The translations under genes were made by a program, and so were the position numbers. Under the pieces are notes generated by a model, which had not been told where the DNA came from, ran no database searches, and saw only the letters and a list, made by a program, of their open reading frames with translations. Below, piece after piece: positions 37,201-50,834 of a stretch of 64,000 bases of DNA. Origin of the DNA: Eledone cirrhosa (lineage: Eukaryota); the NCBI GenBank assembly GCA_964016885.1, contig OZ024742.1:47554001-47618000 (forward strand). The letters are read 5' to 3'. Position 1 is the stretch's first letter, and every line of letters begins with the position of its first letter.

Positions 37201-39075
37201 CATCATAGAGAGGGTAGGGCCCTCATCAACTTGGTTCAATCTAAGGCGTTCGATAGGGTCGACCATGTTTACCTGTATGCGGTGCTAGTGGCGGTAGGTT
37301 TAGGACCCGTGTTCAGCAGTCGCATCTGCTCGAGAGTCAAGGTTAACGGCTACCTCTCGGAGCCGATCCCAATCGCGTGGTCCATCCGACAGGGGTGCCC
37401 TCTCTCCTCCCTTCTGTTTTGTACTGCCTCTCGAGCCACTGCTACGGAATTTGGAGTTGTTGCAGAGCATCCCCTTGGAACCGGGATTGAGGAAAGCGGT
37501 GTCGGCCTACGCCGATGACGTGACAGTAATGGTCTCGACTACCTCGAAAATCGTGGCGATCGGCATCTTACTGGAGGAATACGAGGGTTTACAGGGGCGA
37601 AGCTGAAACGGGACAAGTCCGTCGGTTTGCAACTCGGCGCCTGGAAGGGCATACCGTGAAGCTGCTTGGGATTTGGTTCGGACCAGACCTCCAGGTGGAG
37701 AAGAACTGGGGTGATGTGACGAACAGAGTGTTTGCACTGGCCCAGAAGTTGGCCGAGTGCAGACTATCCCTGAAAGGTCGGGCAGAGGTGGCGAACGCTT
37801 ATATAGCGTCCGTCATCTATTACCGCTTGACTGTCGTGCCTTGCCCAAGTGAAACGCTGACCAAAATGGAATGCACACTCTTCCAATTCCTTTGGAAGAA
37901 GCGGGCTCCTTTGGTGAAAAGATCCATCTGCTGTCAACACCCTGCGAAAGGAGGACTGGGGATGCCGTGGCTGCAGATGCGTAAATACGCATTAACGCTA
38001 CGGCTCCTTCAGGTATTCCTAACTGGTCAACCGGTGTGGGCCCCATTTGTGAGGCGAGCCTTTCCGAGACTCGTCTCGCTTACCGAGCTGCAATCCTGTG
38101 TCAAGCAAAGACCGAGAAAACTTGGCGCCTGGAACACGGAGTGTGCTCAGGCGCTCACGGCTCTCTGGCAGGCGGACCCAGCTATCAGTGGAGTCTCCAC
38201 CTCGACATTCTATAGAGAGTTTGTCAGCAGCAGGTGCGACGACGCCCTCGGAGAAGCCCTAGGCATGGAGGAGGAAGAACTGGCCAGCCCGTTCGGTAGG
38301 ACATTTGGCCCGGGACCGATGGACAACTTCCAGAGGTCCCTGGCCTGGCAGTGCTACTGTGGGGCTCTGCCCGTTCGAGGCAAGCTCTACAGACACGGGC
38401 GCCCGGGTAAGGACGCTTCGAAACAGATCTGTACGAGATGTGTGTGACGAGGAGACCGTCGCGCACGCATTGGTACACAGCCCGGGCGTTGCCGGCCTTT
38501 GGGGCTATATGGAACGACTGCTGTGGCGGGTGGGACCAATCCGGTTGACCACCGAGTCCATTGTTACGATCAAACCGCCTCCCCCTTTCAAAAACGAAGG
38601 AGAGGCGGTCTTCCTCTGTGTAATAGCGATGGTGAAAGAGGTTGTATGGTGGACGCGCTTGAAATGACTAAGGTCGGACACCTTTCTCTCCGACCAACAA
38701 CTGGTCCTTTTCTTCCGATATCATTTCGGAAGAAGGATCAGGATGGAGAGAGAGGTGCTCCACCCCAGCCAGTTTTATGAAAGGTGGCTGAAAGTGGCGA
38801 GGATGGCCCGTGTGAATGGGCCTTCTCTCTACATCAGCCTGTACCTGGAAAGAATAGGAGAATAAGGGAGAACCCTCATTTTGTGCTCCCGAGGAGAAGG
38901 GTTGCACATTGTTCGGGGGTGTGTGCGACCCCAAAACGCCGCCTATCTTTTGAGGACTTCGATTGTTTTATTTTGTTTGTTATATTTTTGTACTCGTTTT
39001 ATTGTATGTAAACTCCCCCCTCCTTTGTATTTGTTCCAATCTTTTATGCCCAGGTGGCAAATAAATAGAAAGTTA
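34248..39075 (+). pseudogene. Tx1-like LINE: partial ORF1, complete but disrupted ORF2 (APE, RT, zinc finger) and 3' UTR
   Basis: CCHC CYLCGGRDHMRAAC. ORF2 ATG at 35548, then GDWNGILD, GPGYWK, KTPGLDDLPYE, KAFDRVDH, IRQGCPLS and AYADD (~37505). AATAAA at ~39060. Confidence 0.92.
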
Positions 39076-39089
39076 TCTATCTATTTTTC

Positions 39090-42000
39090 TATCTCGCATA
39101 GTATAGACGCTGGCAACGTCGGCTTCTGCCTTTTTGAAATTTTTACCTATTAACAGTTAGTGTTTTTTTTTTTATTGTGTTGTCTTCGTGTCTTTTAACC
39201 TCCCGGCTAGGTCTGTAGACGGGTGGTCATCGTATTTTTACCCCTTTTGTGGGTCAAAACTACTAAAATGTTTTTGTTGACTAGCATGTCAAAAATGGAT
39301 GCCATATCTGCATCACATTTGAACGAAAATGCCACGCCCACTAAAGAAGAGGAGAGAAAGAAGGAAGCGGTACAAAGCCTTTTGCTTTCCCCCCTCAACT
39401 TTTTAAAAGACTCTGAAAACGGTGATATGCCCAACAAACATGTAAATAGGGGTGCAAACCCAATTAGTTACAACAAAATTAACAACGAAAACACTAACAA
39501 TGACAACACCAACACACCAAATGAGGAAAACTACAGCAAGAAAAATGAAAATAACTCCAACTCCAACAGTGAAAAAATTGAAAACTACAACGAGAAACGG
39601 AACAACTCAAACACCAACAACGATAAAAAAGCAACCTTTGCACAGACTGCTAAAAAATCCGTCACTTATGTGCTTGAGAATATATCAAACGCAAGAGAAA
39701 TGCTTGAAAAAGCCAAAACATGCGTATCTTTTTCCATCAATTCGCCCCCATAACTTAAAAAAACAGACTGAATTAAGAACTGTTGTATTCCGTACAATTG
39801 CAAAGAAAACCAAAAAACTATCACAACCATCTCAATCTGATATTCAGTTGGTTTTAAAAGAGGCCATGAAGGACATGTATTTATACAAAAGGATAAACTC
39901 TATGGTTTATCCATATTGATGAAATACGAATTGGCGGCAAAAAAATACTGTGTCGCTAATTCGTTCCACGAACAACACCTTTTTCCCAACCTACATGGGT
40001 AAAAAAACACAAAGAATTTGGATTTACACAATCATCCCGAACATTGAATACTGGTGATTACTAACCGGTTCCCTTAACTTAGACGAGGACAATTTAATCT
40101 CAGTAGGGAAGGCATCCGGCGACGCGTTCAGTGGAACGGGCATCGACATTTTGACCCAAATAAGGCCGGAACGTATCGTCCAAATCCCTGAACGTGTCAT
40201 GCTGGATGACCGTAACAACCTCAACATCATTGTGGAGGGTAGGCGACACTCCTGTTACCTCTGTGGTGACAGAGGTCACTTGATGGCTGCCTGTCCTCAG
40301 CTAACACCTAAAAAACCTTTGCTACAAACACCACAACAACAACAAAAACAACTAAATACACCACCACCACAACGACAACAAAAACCAACAACACCACCTC
40401 CACCACCACCGGCACAACAACAACAAAAACGTGAAAAAGCAACACAGAACACTGTCCCAATCAACCCCTCCCCACCCAAAACCAATACAAAAAACACACA
40501 CACCGCAAACACTAACGGAGAATATACCCCTCCCATCCAATTCGGAAGACAATCCCCTTTCGTCGCAAGACGAAGGAGATCCTTTCCAAATAGTAAAAAG
40601 AAAGAGAAGAGGCGCACCACAGACACACATATTAAAATAACCCCCCTCCCCCAAGAGAAAACAAACTATATACAAAAGAACCCCGCCCTATTTCACAACA
40701 TTGACTGCAATGCAAAAAAAGACTTTACAATATACATACATGAACACAAACAACAAAGAATTAATGAAAACCATTTTTGAAAACCCTTCGGACCAAACCG
40801 AAGGGCCTAATTTTGTGACTCCTGTGGGACTACCTCATTTAAAAATGGTTAAAGTCCTAATGAACTTATTTAAAACATTAAAAATCAATTTCATGGAGGA
40901 CGTGGGACCCCCCCCCCCCTTGCACCAAGCCAATCGTCCGCGTCCTCCTAAAACATTTCCCCACCCCCTACCCAAACACCCACTCAACTACAAACACCCA
41001 ACCCTACAACACCTTGATGCCCCTACACTTCCACAAACCACCACCACCACCCAACAACCCCTGCCCCACCCCCATGGCAATTGTGCGACCCGGTGCCCTG
41101 GACGCAGAGAGGTAAGTGCCTTTTCTCTTTACCACCAACATGGCTGTGTTGGGAGTAGGTTGTCTAAATGCGCGTGGCCTGGGCTCACCGTGGAAGCAAG
41201 CAATGCTTCTTAATAACCTCAGGTCACGATGTATAAATGTGAGGGTTATTTGCGAGGCCCCGATCAGCAGCGTGCGACAGTTGGCCGCCACCTTTGATGA
41301 CTTTGAGATGCACGCATCTCTCTGTCAGCCCGGAGGTTAGGGTGGGGTTGTCGTTCTACTGAAAAAACATCTGGGTCTCGCTACACAGACGGTACACTTG
41401 GACCCGGAGGGTCGACTAGTGGTTCTGGAACTTGGCAGTGGTGAAGACGGGGCTTTTAGGCTGGTCGCCGTCTACGGCCCTTTTGGGTCAACGAGGCCGT
41501 ACTTCTTCCATCGTCTGGAGACTTTTCTAAGGACGTCCCGCTCTTTGCTTTCAATGGGGGACTGGAATGGTATCCTAGATGCACGTTGGGACTATGTAGG
41601 GGTATGTCCCGATAGAGGGGGTTGTATCAACCTCAAGGGGTTAATCGGCCGATTCGACCTGGCCGATAGATATCGACTAGATTTTCCGACTGTGCCAACC
41701 TGGACTTGGACAAACCAGAGCGGTTAATCTAGATCGTACCTAGATATGTTCTTTGTTAGAAATAAGGATAGGGACTTTTTAAGTTGTCCAGAAATGCTCA
41801 TGGTTGGCTATTCAGACCAGAAGTTAGTGACTTGTTAGTCAACCTTGATAGAACGCATAGACAGGGACCCGGTTACTGGAAGCTCAACTTGTCCTTACTG
41901 GCAAGTAAAGCTTACAGGGACCGGATTAGCACTTTAGTTAAGGAGGGGTTGACAGGCGCCATCGTCAACAGCAGGTGGTGGGACTCTCTCAAAAGCTAGA

Positions 42001-43165
42001 TTATAGTAGTTTCAATAGGAGATAGTAAGGAGTTAGCCTCAGATAGAAATTGAAGGAAAGGGAGATGGTAGATAGTGTAGAAGAGGCAATTAGAAGCGGA
42101 GACGTAGCCAGAGTGCTAGCGTCGAGAACGGCCTTGGGCCAGTTCTTCGACGCGAAACATGAAGGCTGCCTTTTCCGAAGCTAAATACGTGCTCTGAGAA
42201 ATGAGGGGACCAAAGCTGTTAGCTGGGCGCGCGTGAGAGTAGCCAACAGTGGGATTAGATCCACTATCCGGTCTTTACGAGACCAGGATGGACAGGTGAT
42301 CTTTGAACCTAAGCAGATGTGCGAGGCCTTTCAAAGGCACTTTGTCCGAATGTTCTGAAGGGGCGGGGCCAGGATGGGGATGTGAACTTCGGTCCATACT
42401 TCGACGGCCTGCCGCGTCTTTCGGACGAGGAGGCGATGTCATGCGAGAGGCGGATCTCAGCTGCTGAAATAGGGGACCTGCTGGGCAAATGCGGCAGACG
42501 CAAATCTCCGGGCCCCGATAGTCTTGCATACGAACTGTATTTAAGTATGCCGGACTTGTTATTCGATCTCCTCGAGGCGGTCTACTGCAACTGGCAACAG
42601 AACGGGAGAATTCCCTGTTCTGTGACCAAGGGCGTAGTCTTGCTAGTGAGGAAGGGCGAGAACAGGGGGATGAAATAAGTAATTTCAAGCCCATAACTCT
42701 GCTAAATGCAGTGTTAAATATTGTGGCTAAGGTGTTAGCAAAGAGGTTGGCGCTTGTCGTGGGCAACCTGGTGTGAGATGCGCAGACATGCGCTATCTCG
42801 TCCAAGTCCATTCACGACAGCCTCCACCTCATGCGATTCATCGTAGAGAAGGTTGATAACGAACCCGGCTTTGGTGGGGCCCTGATCAACTTGGATCAAT
42901 CTGAGGCGTTCGATAGGGTCGACCATGGTTACCTAGATGCGGTGCTAGTGGCAGCAGGTTTCGGACCTATTTTCCGGGTTTGGATCCCTACCATGCACAG
43001 CAGCCGCATCTGCTCTAGGGTCAAGGTGAACGCCTTCCTCTCGGAGCCGTTCGAAATCACGCGGTCCATCAGGCAGGGATGCCCTTTCTCCTCCCTTCTG
43101 TATGTATTGGCCCTCGAGCGCCTGCTGCGGAAGTTGGGGTTGTTACGTGGCTCCCTTTGGAAATT
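39090..43165 (+). pseudogene. Tx1-like LINE: 5' UTR, ORF1 and ORF2 truncated within RT
   Basis: TFAQTAKK, CYLCGDRGHLMAAC, ORF2 ATG at 41140 (MAVLGVGCLNARGL), KSPGPDSL, AFDRVDH, IRQGCP. Head-to-tail with the previous copy. Confidence 0.9.
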
Positions 43166-43435
43166 TCGAAAATTTCACAGGCAATAATCAGTTCGAGGAT
43201 CTCTTTTTCTTAGTCTGAGGGTATATTGATCAAATATTGTAACTGATGGATACCTTTATATGTATATATATGTTTCAAGGCAATGTGACAGGACCACGAC
43301 CTCTGGCGCTATGCAGTATTTCAGAACACCCGCCCTTTATTATTCTCGGGCTGAGGCTTATACGTAGTAGGCAACATCTTCCTCAACCTTCTCCCTTCCC
43401 ATACCCCCCCCCCTTTGCGGTAATCATCCCTCCCC

Positions 43436-43498
<63 letters not shown>

Positions 43499-43506
<8 letters not shown>

Positions 43507-43786
43507 ATACTTTGGGAGGGTCATGTTGCCAATAAGAAACACACGCACCAGTTGCTTTCACTTCAATTTATTATAATAAGTTTATAAATTTATAAATTTC
43601 TGGTTGGTTGGTTGGTTCCACAACCAGATAGTTGTTTATATATAAACAACTATCTGGTTGTGGAACCAACCAACCAACCAACCAGAAATTTATAGATTTA
43701 TAAATTTATTATAATATATTGAAGTGAAAGCAACTGGTGCGTGTGTTTCTTATTGGCAACATGACCCTCCCAAAGTATAACAATAT
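43499..43786. repeat. Near-perfect ~290-bp palindrome centred at 43640/43641
   Basis: The centre reads gttgtttata|tataaacaac. Arms differ by a few substitutions and one TGGT unit. Confidence 0.95.
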
Positions 43787-43847
43787 CGGTTTCAACACAC
43801 GATTTCAGATAAAGAATCTTGCTAAACAAATTCAGAAACGAAATATG

Positions 43848-43899
<52 letters not shown>

Positions 43900-44093
43900 A
43901 TATATATATATATGTGTGTGTATATATATAACAATAAAATGTTAAATAACAAATAAATCAACTAATACCTTAAGATTTCACACAAAGTAAAACATTTCGT
44001 TTTAATCATTTTCAAACCCAGAAAAAAGAGAGAGAAAAACAAAAAAGGAAAAAATAAAATGTTTCTTCCTAATAATAGTCTCTTTCTCCCTGT

Positions 44094-44202
<109 letters not shown>

Positions 44203-44442
44203 TATATATATAGATATATGTGTGTGTGTGTGTGTGTATAATATTAAGGATACTATTTATGGTTATGTATATACTAAACTTTTTATAGTTTTATATATTT
44301 TAAACCCTGAAGAGTAAAGGTCACTAATTTATTACTACCTTGTTACCATTAAGATAAATACCTCAATGTAATAACATCAGTTGTTCTACAGAGCAGTTAT
44401 ATAGAATTCACAAGAATCAAAGCTATGTTCAAAGCATTTATT

Positions 44443-44489
44443 CACTTACAATTGTTTCATCCAAACCTAGGCTTGGCCTCTTCGGAGCA
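44443..44489 (-). ncRNA. Minimal type I hammerhead motif, one core mismatch (CCGAAGA)
   Basis: tgct-CCGAAGA-gg-ccaagcc-ta-ggtttgg-at-GAAA-CAATTG-TA-agtg. Confidence 0.6.
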
Positions 44490-44545
44490 TTTTCAATGTT
44501 TGTATACATAATTGACCTCCTTTCCAACGCAAGAGACATACAGCT

Positions 44546-44609
<64 letters not shown>

Positions 44610-44971
44610 GAAAAGTATATAAATATATATATGTACATCAATATATATATATACATATATATATATATTGATGTACAGTGGAGTGATCAAAATTAAAATT
44701 AAAACAAAATTAAAACACAATTAAAATACATTCGGCAGTTAACACAGATAATGCAAGAGGATAGTTTGTTAGGCAGATGTGGCGAATGTATTTTAATTTT
44801 GTTTTAATTTTGTTTTAATTTTAATTTTGATTTTGATTTTGAATTTGAATTGGTATACATAACTAATATAGTATAATATATGTAACTCCACTGTACATCA
44901 ATATATATATATGTATCTGTATGTCCCTTGCGTTGGAAAGGAGGTCAATTATGTATACAAACATTGAAAAA

Positions 44972-45018
44972 TGCTCTGAAGACCCCAAGCCTAGGTTTGG
45001 ATGAAACAATTATAAGTG
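44972..45018 (+). ncRNA. Minimal type I hammerhead motif, stem III mismatch
   Basis: tgct-CTGAAGA-cc-ccaagcc-ta-ggtttgg-at-GAAA-CAATTA-TA-agtg. Confidence 0.6.
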
Positions 45019-45281
45019 AATAAAATCTTTGAACATAGCTTTGATTCTTGTGAAATTTATATGTGTATATAATGAAACAATTCTTTGGAAAGAGAGATAT
45101 ATTTTAATTTTAATTATATCTCATATAAAATAATACAACTGGCTTTCCACAAAATACATATAGTTAGCACCCCAAACACAAAATTGGGATTATACTAACG
45201 TATACCCTAATGTTTGTAGAGTGAGATGGTTACCAGTCAGAGTTTAGCTTAAAGCTTTCTCTGTTATTGTATTAAATGTAT

Positions 45282-45344
<63 letters not shown>

Positions 45345-45947
45345 GGAGGGGTCTATATGTATATATATGTATGTGAAATTGTATATACCCCAAATTGTTT
45401 TTTTTTTTTTAAACAAATGGCACGATTAAAATATTTCTTCAATTAACATACACATAATATCTGAAATATTAATCTGACATAAACATAGCTTGATATCTCT
45501 TGAAAACTCCGGAGAGAATTAAGTGATAGTATCTAATGACGCTTCCAGTACAGTGATAATTCATCTTACAAAGAGGAATACATTTGTTTACCGATCAGCA
45601 ATTCTAAACGATTTGTTAAAAACATTTCAAATGTTATAATGTTTTTTCTTTCAATGGATTTTGATTCTCACTAGAAATGTGTTTGCATAGTCAATATAAG
45701 TAATAAAACAGTAAAATGTTGTTATTGAAATATGTTAGATTATTTATTTACAATAGGAATGTATGTGTGAGTTACTAAAACTTTGCTAGATATATCTATA
45801 TCGACACAAACTCCTTTAATAATTATAAACTATAACCTCTTTACATAATATCCATCATAAACATTTCGATATAACATTTCTTCTTAAAGTGTCGAAACGG
45901 CTTCAGCTCTGCCGTCGGGGTTCTGAAACTTTTCCTCTCTCTCTCTC

Positions 45948-45987
<40 letters not shown>

Positions 45988-46148
45988 TATATATATATAT
46001 GTATATCTATATATGTATATATATATATATTATAAAGAATTTATATCTAGTAACATTTATATACATACAGATGCATATCAATGCTAGAAAATATATAGGT
46101 TTTGTCTTAGTAACGTTGTGGTTCAATGCATGGGGTTGCTGAACAGTA

Positions 46149-46280
46149 ATATGAGAGACGTAAGATAAGAAAATTATAAAATTATAAAAAGATTATAAAA
46201 TTGACTTACTTACTAAAATATTCTAGTAAGTAAGTCAATTTTATAATCTTTTTATAATTTTATAATTTTCTTATCTTACG

Positions 46281-46290
<10 letters not shown>
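46149..46290. repeat. Inverted repeat (~67-bp arms, ~8-nt spacer)
   Basis: atatgagagacgtaag...ttactta-ctaaaatattctag-taagtaa...cttacgtctctcatat. The left arm is homologous to ~47650-47740. Confidence 0.92.
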
Positions 46291-46350
<60 letters not shown>

Positions 46351-46353
<3 letters not shown>

Positions 46354-47155
46354 AATATATTTCACAAAGAGAAGTGTGTTACACAGTGAGATGTGTGTTA
46401 AGAATTATTTATAGTTATAAGGTTGGTAATTTAAAACTCTAATTCAGAGATTTGATTCTGACTTAGTTTTTTTCTATTTAATTGCTAAACTTGTAGATAT
46501 TGTTCTCTATACAGTAATATACAGTAACGGTAAAACTCACTTGTAATAATTCTTTACACATATCTCACTGTGTAACAGACTTCTCTTTGTGTAATATATT
46601 TGCATTTGAGCTCAGAAGAAAATTCTCTATTCTTCTTTGAGATAATATTATTATTATTATTACTGTGAACTGCGGAATACTCTTAATTCCGATATTTGTA
46701 TACTTAACGAACTCCAAATTGTTGAGCTAATAAATTCGAATGGTTATGCTGCCCTCTCTAGCATTTTCCCCAATCCATAAGAGCCGTTATTTGATGCAAA
46801 TAACACGTGATCTCGCCCTACTCTGGGCAGCGTATATTAGCTTTCTCTCTATCCATGAGGTTAGATGTGTCGTGAACAGTATCCGCATTTGCTGACTGAG
46901 GATCCTGTGGGCTGTTATATCGCACATGTCTGTGGTGAAACGAACGAGATTCGTATCAGCAAACTTATAGTTATAAGGTTGGTAATTTAAAGCTCTAATT
47001 CAGAGATTTGATTCTGACTTAGTTTTTTTCTATTTAATTGCTAAACCTGTAGACATTGTTCTCTATACAGTAACGGTAAAAACTGACTTTGAGATAATAT
47101 TATTATTATTATTATGACTGTGAACTGCGGAATACTCTTAATTCCGATCTTTGTA
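46351..47155 (+). mobile_element. Non-coding hammerhead element (inverted head, 556-bp monomer, partial direct repeat) in (TA)n
   Basis: 46351-46409 is the reverse complement of 46545-46603. 46409-46540 and 46637-46700 are repeated at 46965-47155. Confidence 0.8.
46888..46963 (+). ncRNA. Type I hammerhead ribozyme
   Basis: Stem I TTTGCTGA/TCAGCAAA (8 bp), core CTGAGGA and GAAA, stem III CGAA-cgaga-TTCG. GUA site, cut predicted after 46955. Stem II is imperfect. Confidence 0.82.
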
Positions 47156-47574
<419 letters not shown>

Positions 47575-47743
47575 TTAATACATTACCAACATATGCGTAC
47601 AGATGAACACAAATACTAGTAAATATATAAGTTATGTCAAAGTACCTAGGTGGTTAAATGCAGGGGGATGCAGAACAATTATATGAAAGACGTAAAATAA
47701 GAAATTTTAAAAATTAAAAATTAACTTACTTACTAAAATTATC

Positions 47744-47825
47744 ACTCCAACTAATTAGTTTCTGTAATGGAATAAATATAGTTACACAATGTAACTATCG
47801 AGAATTCATTACGTCATCAGGGAGT
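47744..47825 (-). ncRNA. Type I hammerhead ribozyme with extended stem II
   Basis: ACTCC-CTGATGA-c-GTAATG...ATAGTTACA-ttg-TGTAACTAT...CATTAC-a-GAAA-CTAATTAG-TT-GGAGT. Confidence 0.82.
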
Positions 47826-48034
47826 CTATTCTCAGCTAAGTTCCCAGGCAATGCGCGGACACTAGGAACCCATATAAAAATAATAATTCAGTGGATGTAA
47901 TAAGCTAGCGGGGACTAAATTCCATAGCACTGAAAAAGTTCACTGCCTCTGATCTGTGGTGGATTCTAAAGAATCAATCACGTGACACTGAGGTTAGTCA
48001 GTTAGGAGTGGGATGATGATGAATTTTAATAGTA

Positions 48035-49341
<1,307 letters not shown>

Positions 49342-49716
49342 CATAGCAGTATGTAAATGTACATACATATATATATATACAGACGTACAGTAGTATGTAT
49401 ATATATATATATACATGCATGCACACATATATATATATGTACGTATGGATTCACCGAACATTTATTATAATGCTCGGTGTGTTTGTAAACAAACATCCCG
49501 AATTAAGCCGTACAGTGTCTAGCAACCATCGTTGTTCATTTGTTCAAAACTGTCAAAGTAACGGTGTACTAGTTTCAAGCTTATTAGGTATCGTCAGCAA
49601 GGTATACTTTCCTGCCGGATGGTTGAACGTCTGAAAGTATAAACTCTCCTTATGCATAGGAACATAGTCTGGACCTTGATGGCTGAGCTCGATCCCTTTC
49701 GGCATCTAGATCCAAA

Positions 49717-49796
<80 letters not shown>

Positions 49797-49838
49797 TCAA
49801 AATATTAACAAAAATAGACATTCGTGTTATCAAGTATA

Positions 49839-49901
49839 TTTTATTATACATATTTCAGAGGTACTGAGCTCTCTTCAACAGTACGTCCTCATCAGAAAAA
49901 A
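49839..49901 (-). ncRNA. Type I hammerhead motif (weak stem I)
   Basis: CTGATGA-GGAC-GTACTG-ttgaagagagct-CAGTAC-CTCT-GAAA-T-ATGT-A-TA. Confidence 0.62.
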
Positions 49902-50834
49902 TAAGATGATGCATGATATTCCCTGACTTAGTAGATGGTTAAGATTCAAACTGTTGCGTGCTTCCAATCTATTGTAAAACTCATTCTTTGATTTATTCAT
50001 TGAACCTTGTTTAACCTTTCAATATATATCTATATATTTGAATTAATAAGTAGAGCTAGAAGCCAGGATTTTTTTAATACTGCTCCCTATTACAGTCAGC
50101 ATATATAATGCTTTACTCATAGATGAATAATTAGGTATGTTGTCAGTGAAAAGGGCATGACCAAAAAAATACATTTAGATTTTTTTTATTTATCCTTTTC
50201 TTTTTTCTTTTTATTCAATCTGAACCTCTGAAATTCAAACAACATGTAAAGACTATTTTAAAAACCATAAATAAAATAAGAAAATAAATTTAGCATTGGT
50301 TTATGATTCAATGAAGCATTTACTTACTCATTTCTGTAGTTCGGGGAAAGTGTATTTAAATTTGTACACTGTAGCTTTCACCAATGTTTGCCTCTATGGC
50401 AGTAGGATCTTGTTTGAGGGAGATTTGTTTTCTATTTCTATTCGCTATACCAACAGTTTTAGTGGCTCACATGACATACATAGATACAGACACACACATG
50501 TATGTGTGTAAGACAGTTGTTTGTGATTTGAAATGGATTTTGCTAATATTCCTAGTAGATCGAGTTATCACATAGAACCATTCCTTTTTCTTTCATACAT
50601 ATATACATACCTGAGAAAGTAAGGTGGGATTTGAAGGAACTTTGGCTGCTATTTCTACCCAACAAAGTCCTCACTAATACTATGTTATATAGCATAGGTA
50701 CCCGGGAATGCCTGCATATTTTTCCGAAGTAACACCATGCAGGAAATTTCCGGCTTCAAAATTCATTTCAAACTACATGACTAAGGAATTAGGATCTGTG
50801 TGTATTGTCATTGAATGAGGAATTACGAGATTGC

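Larger units (their letters stand above)
44405..45058. repeat. Nested inverted repeat carrying two opposed hammerhead-like motifs
   Basis: 44405-44543 is the reverse complement of ~44917-45058. Inner arms are ~44660-44735 versus 44782-44830 and 44885-44910. Confidence 0.9.
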
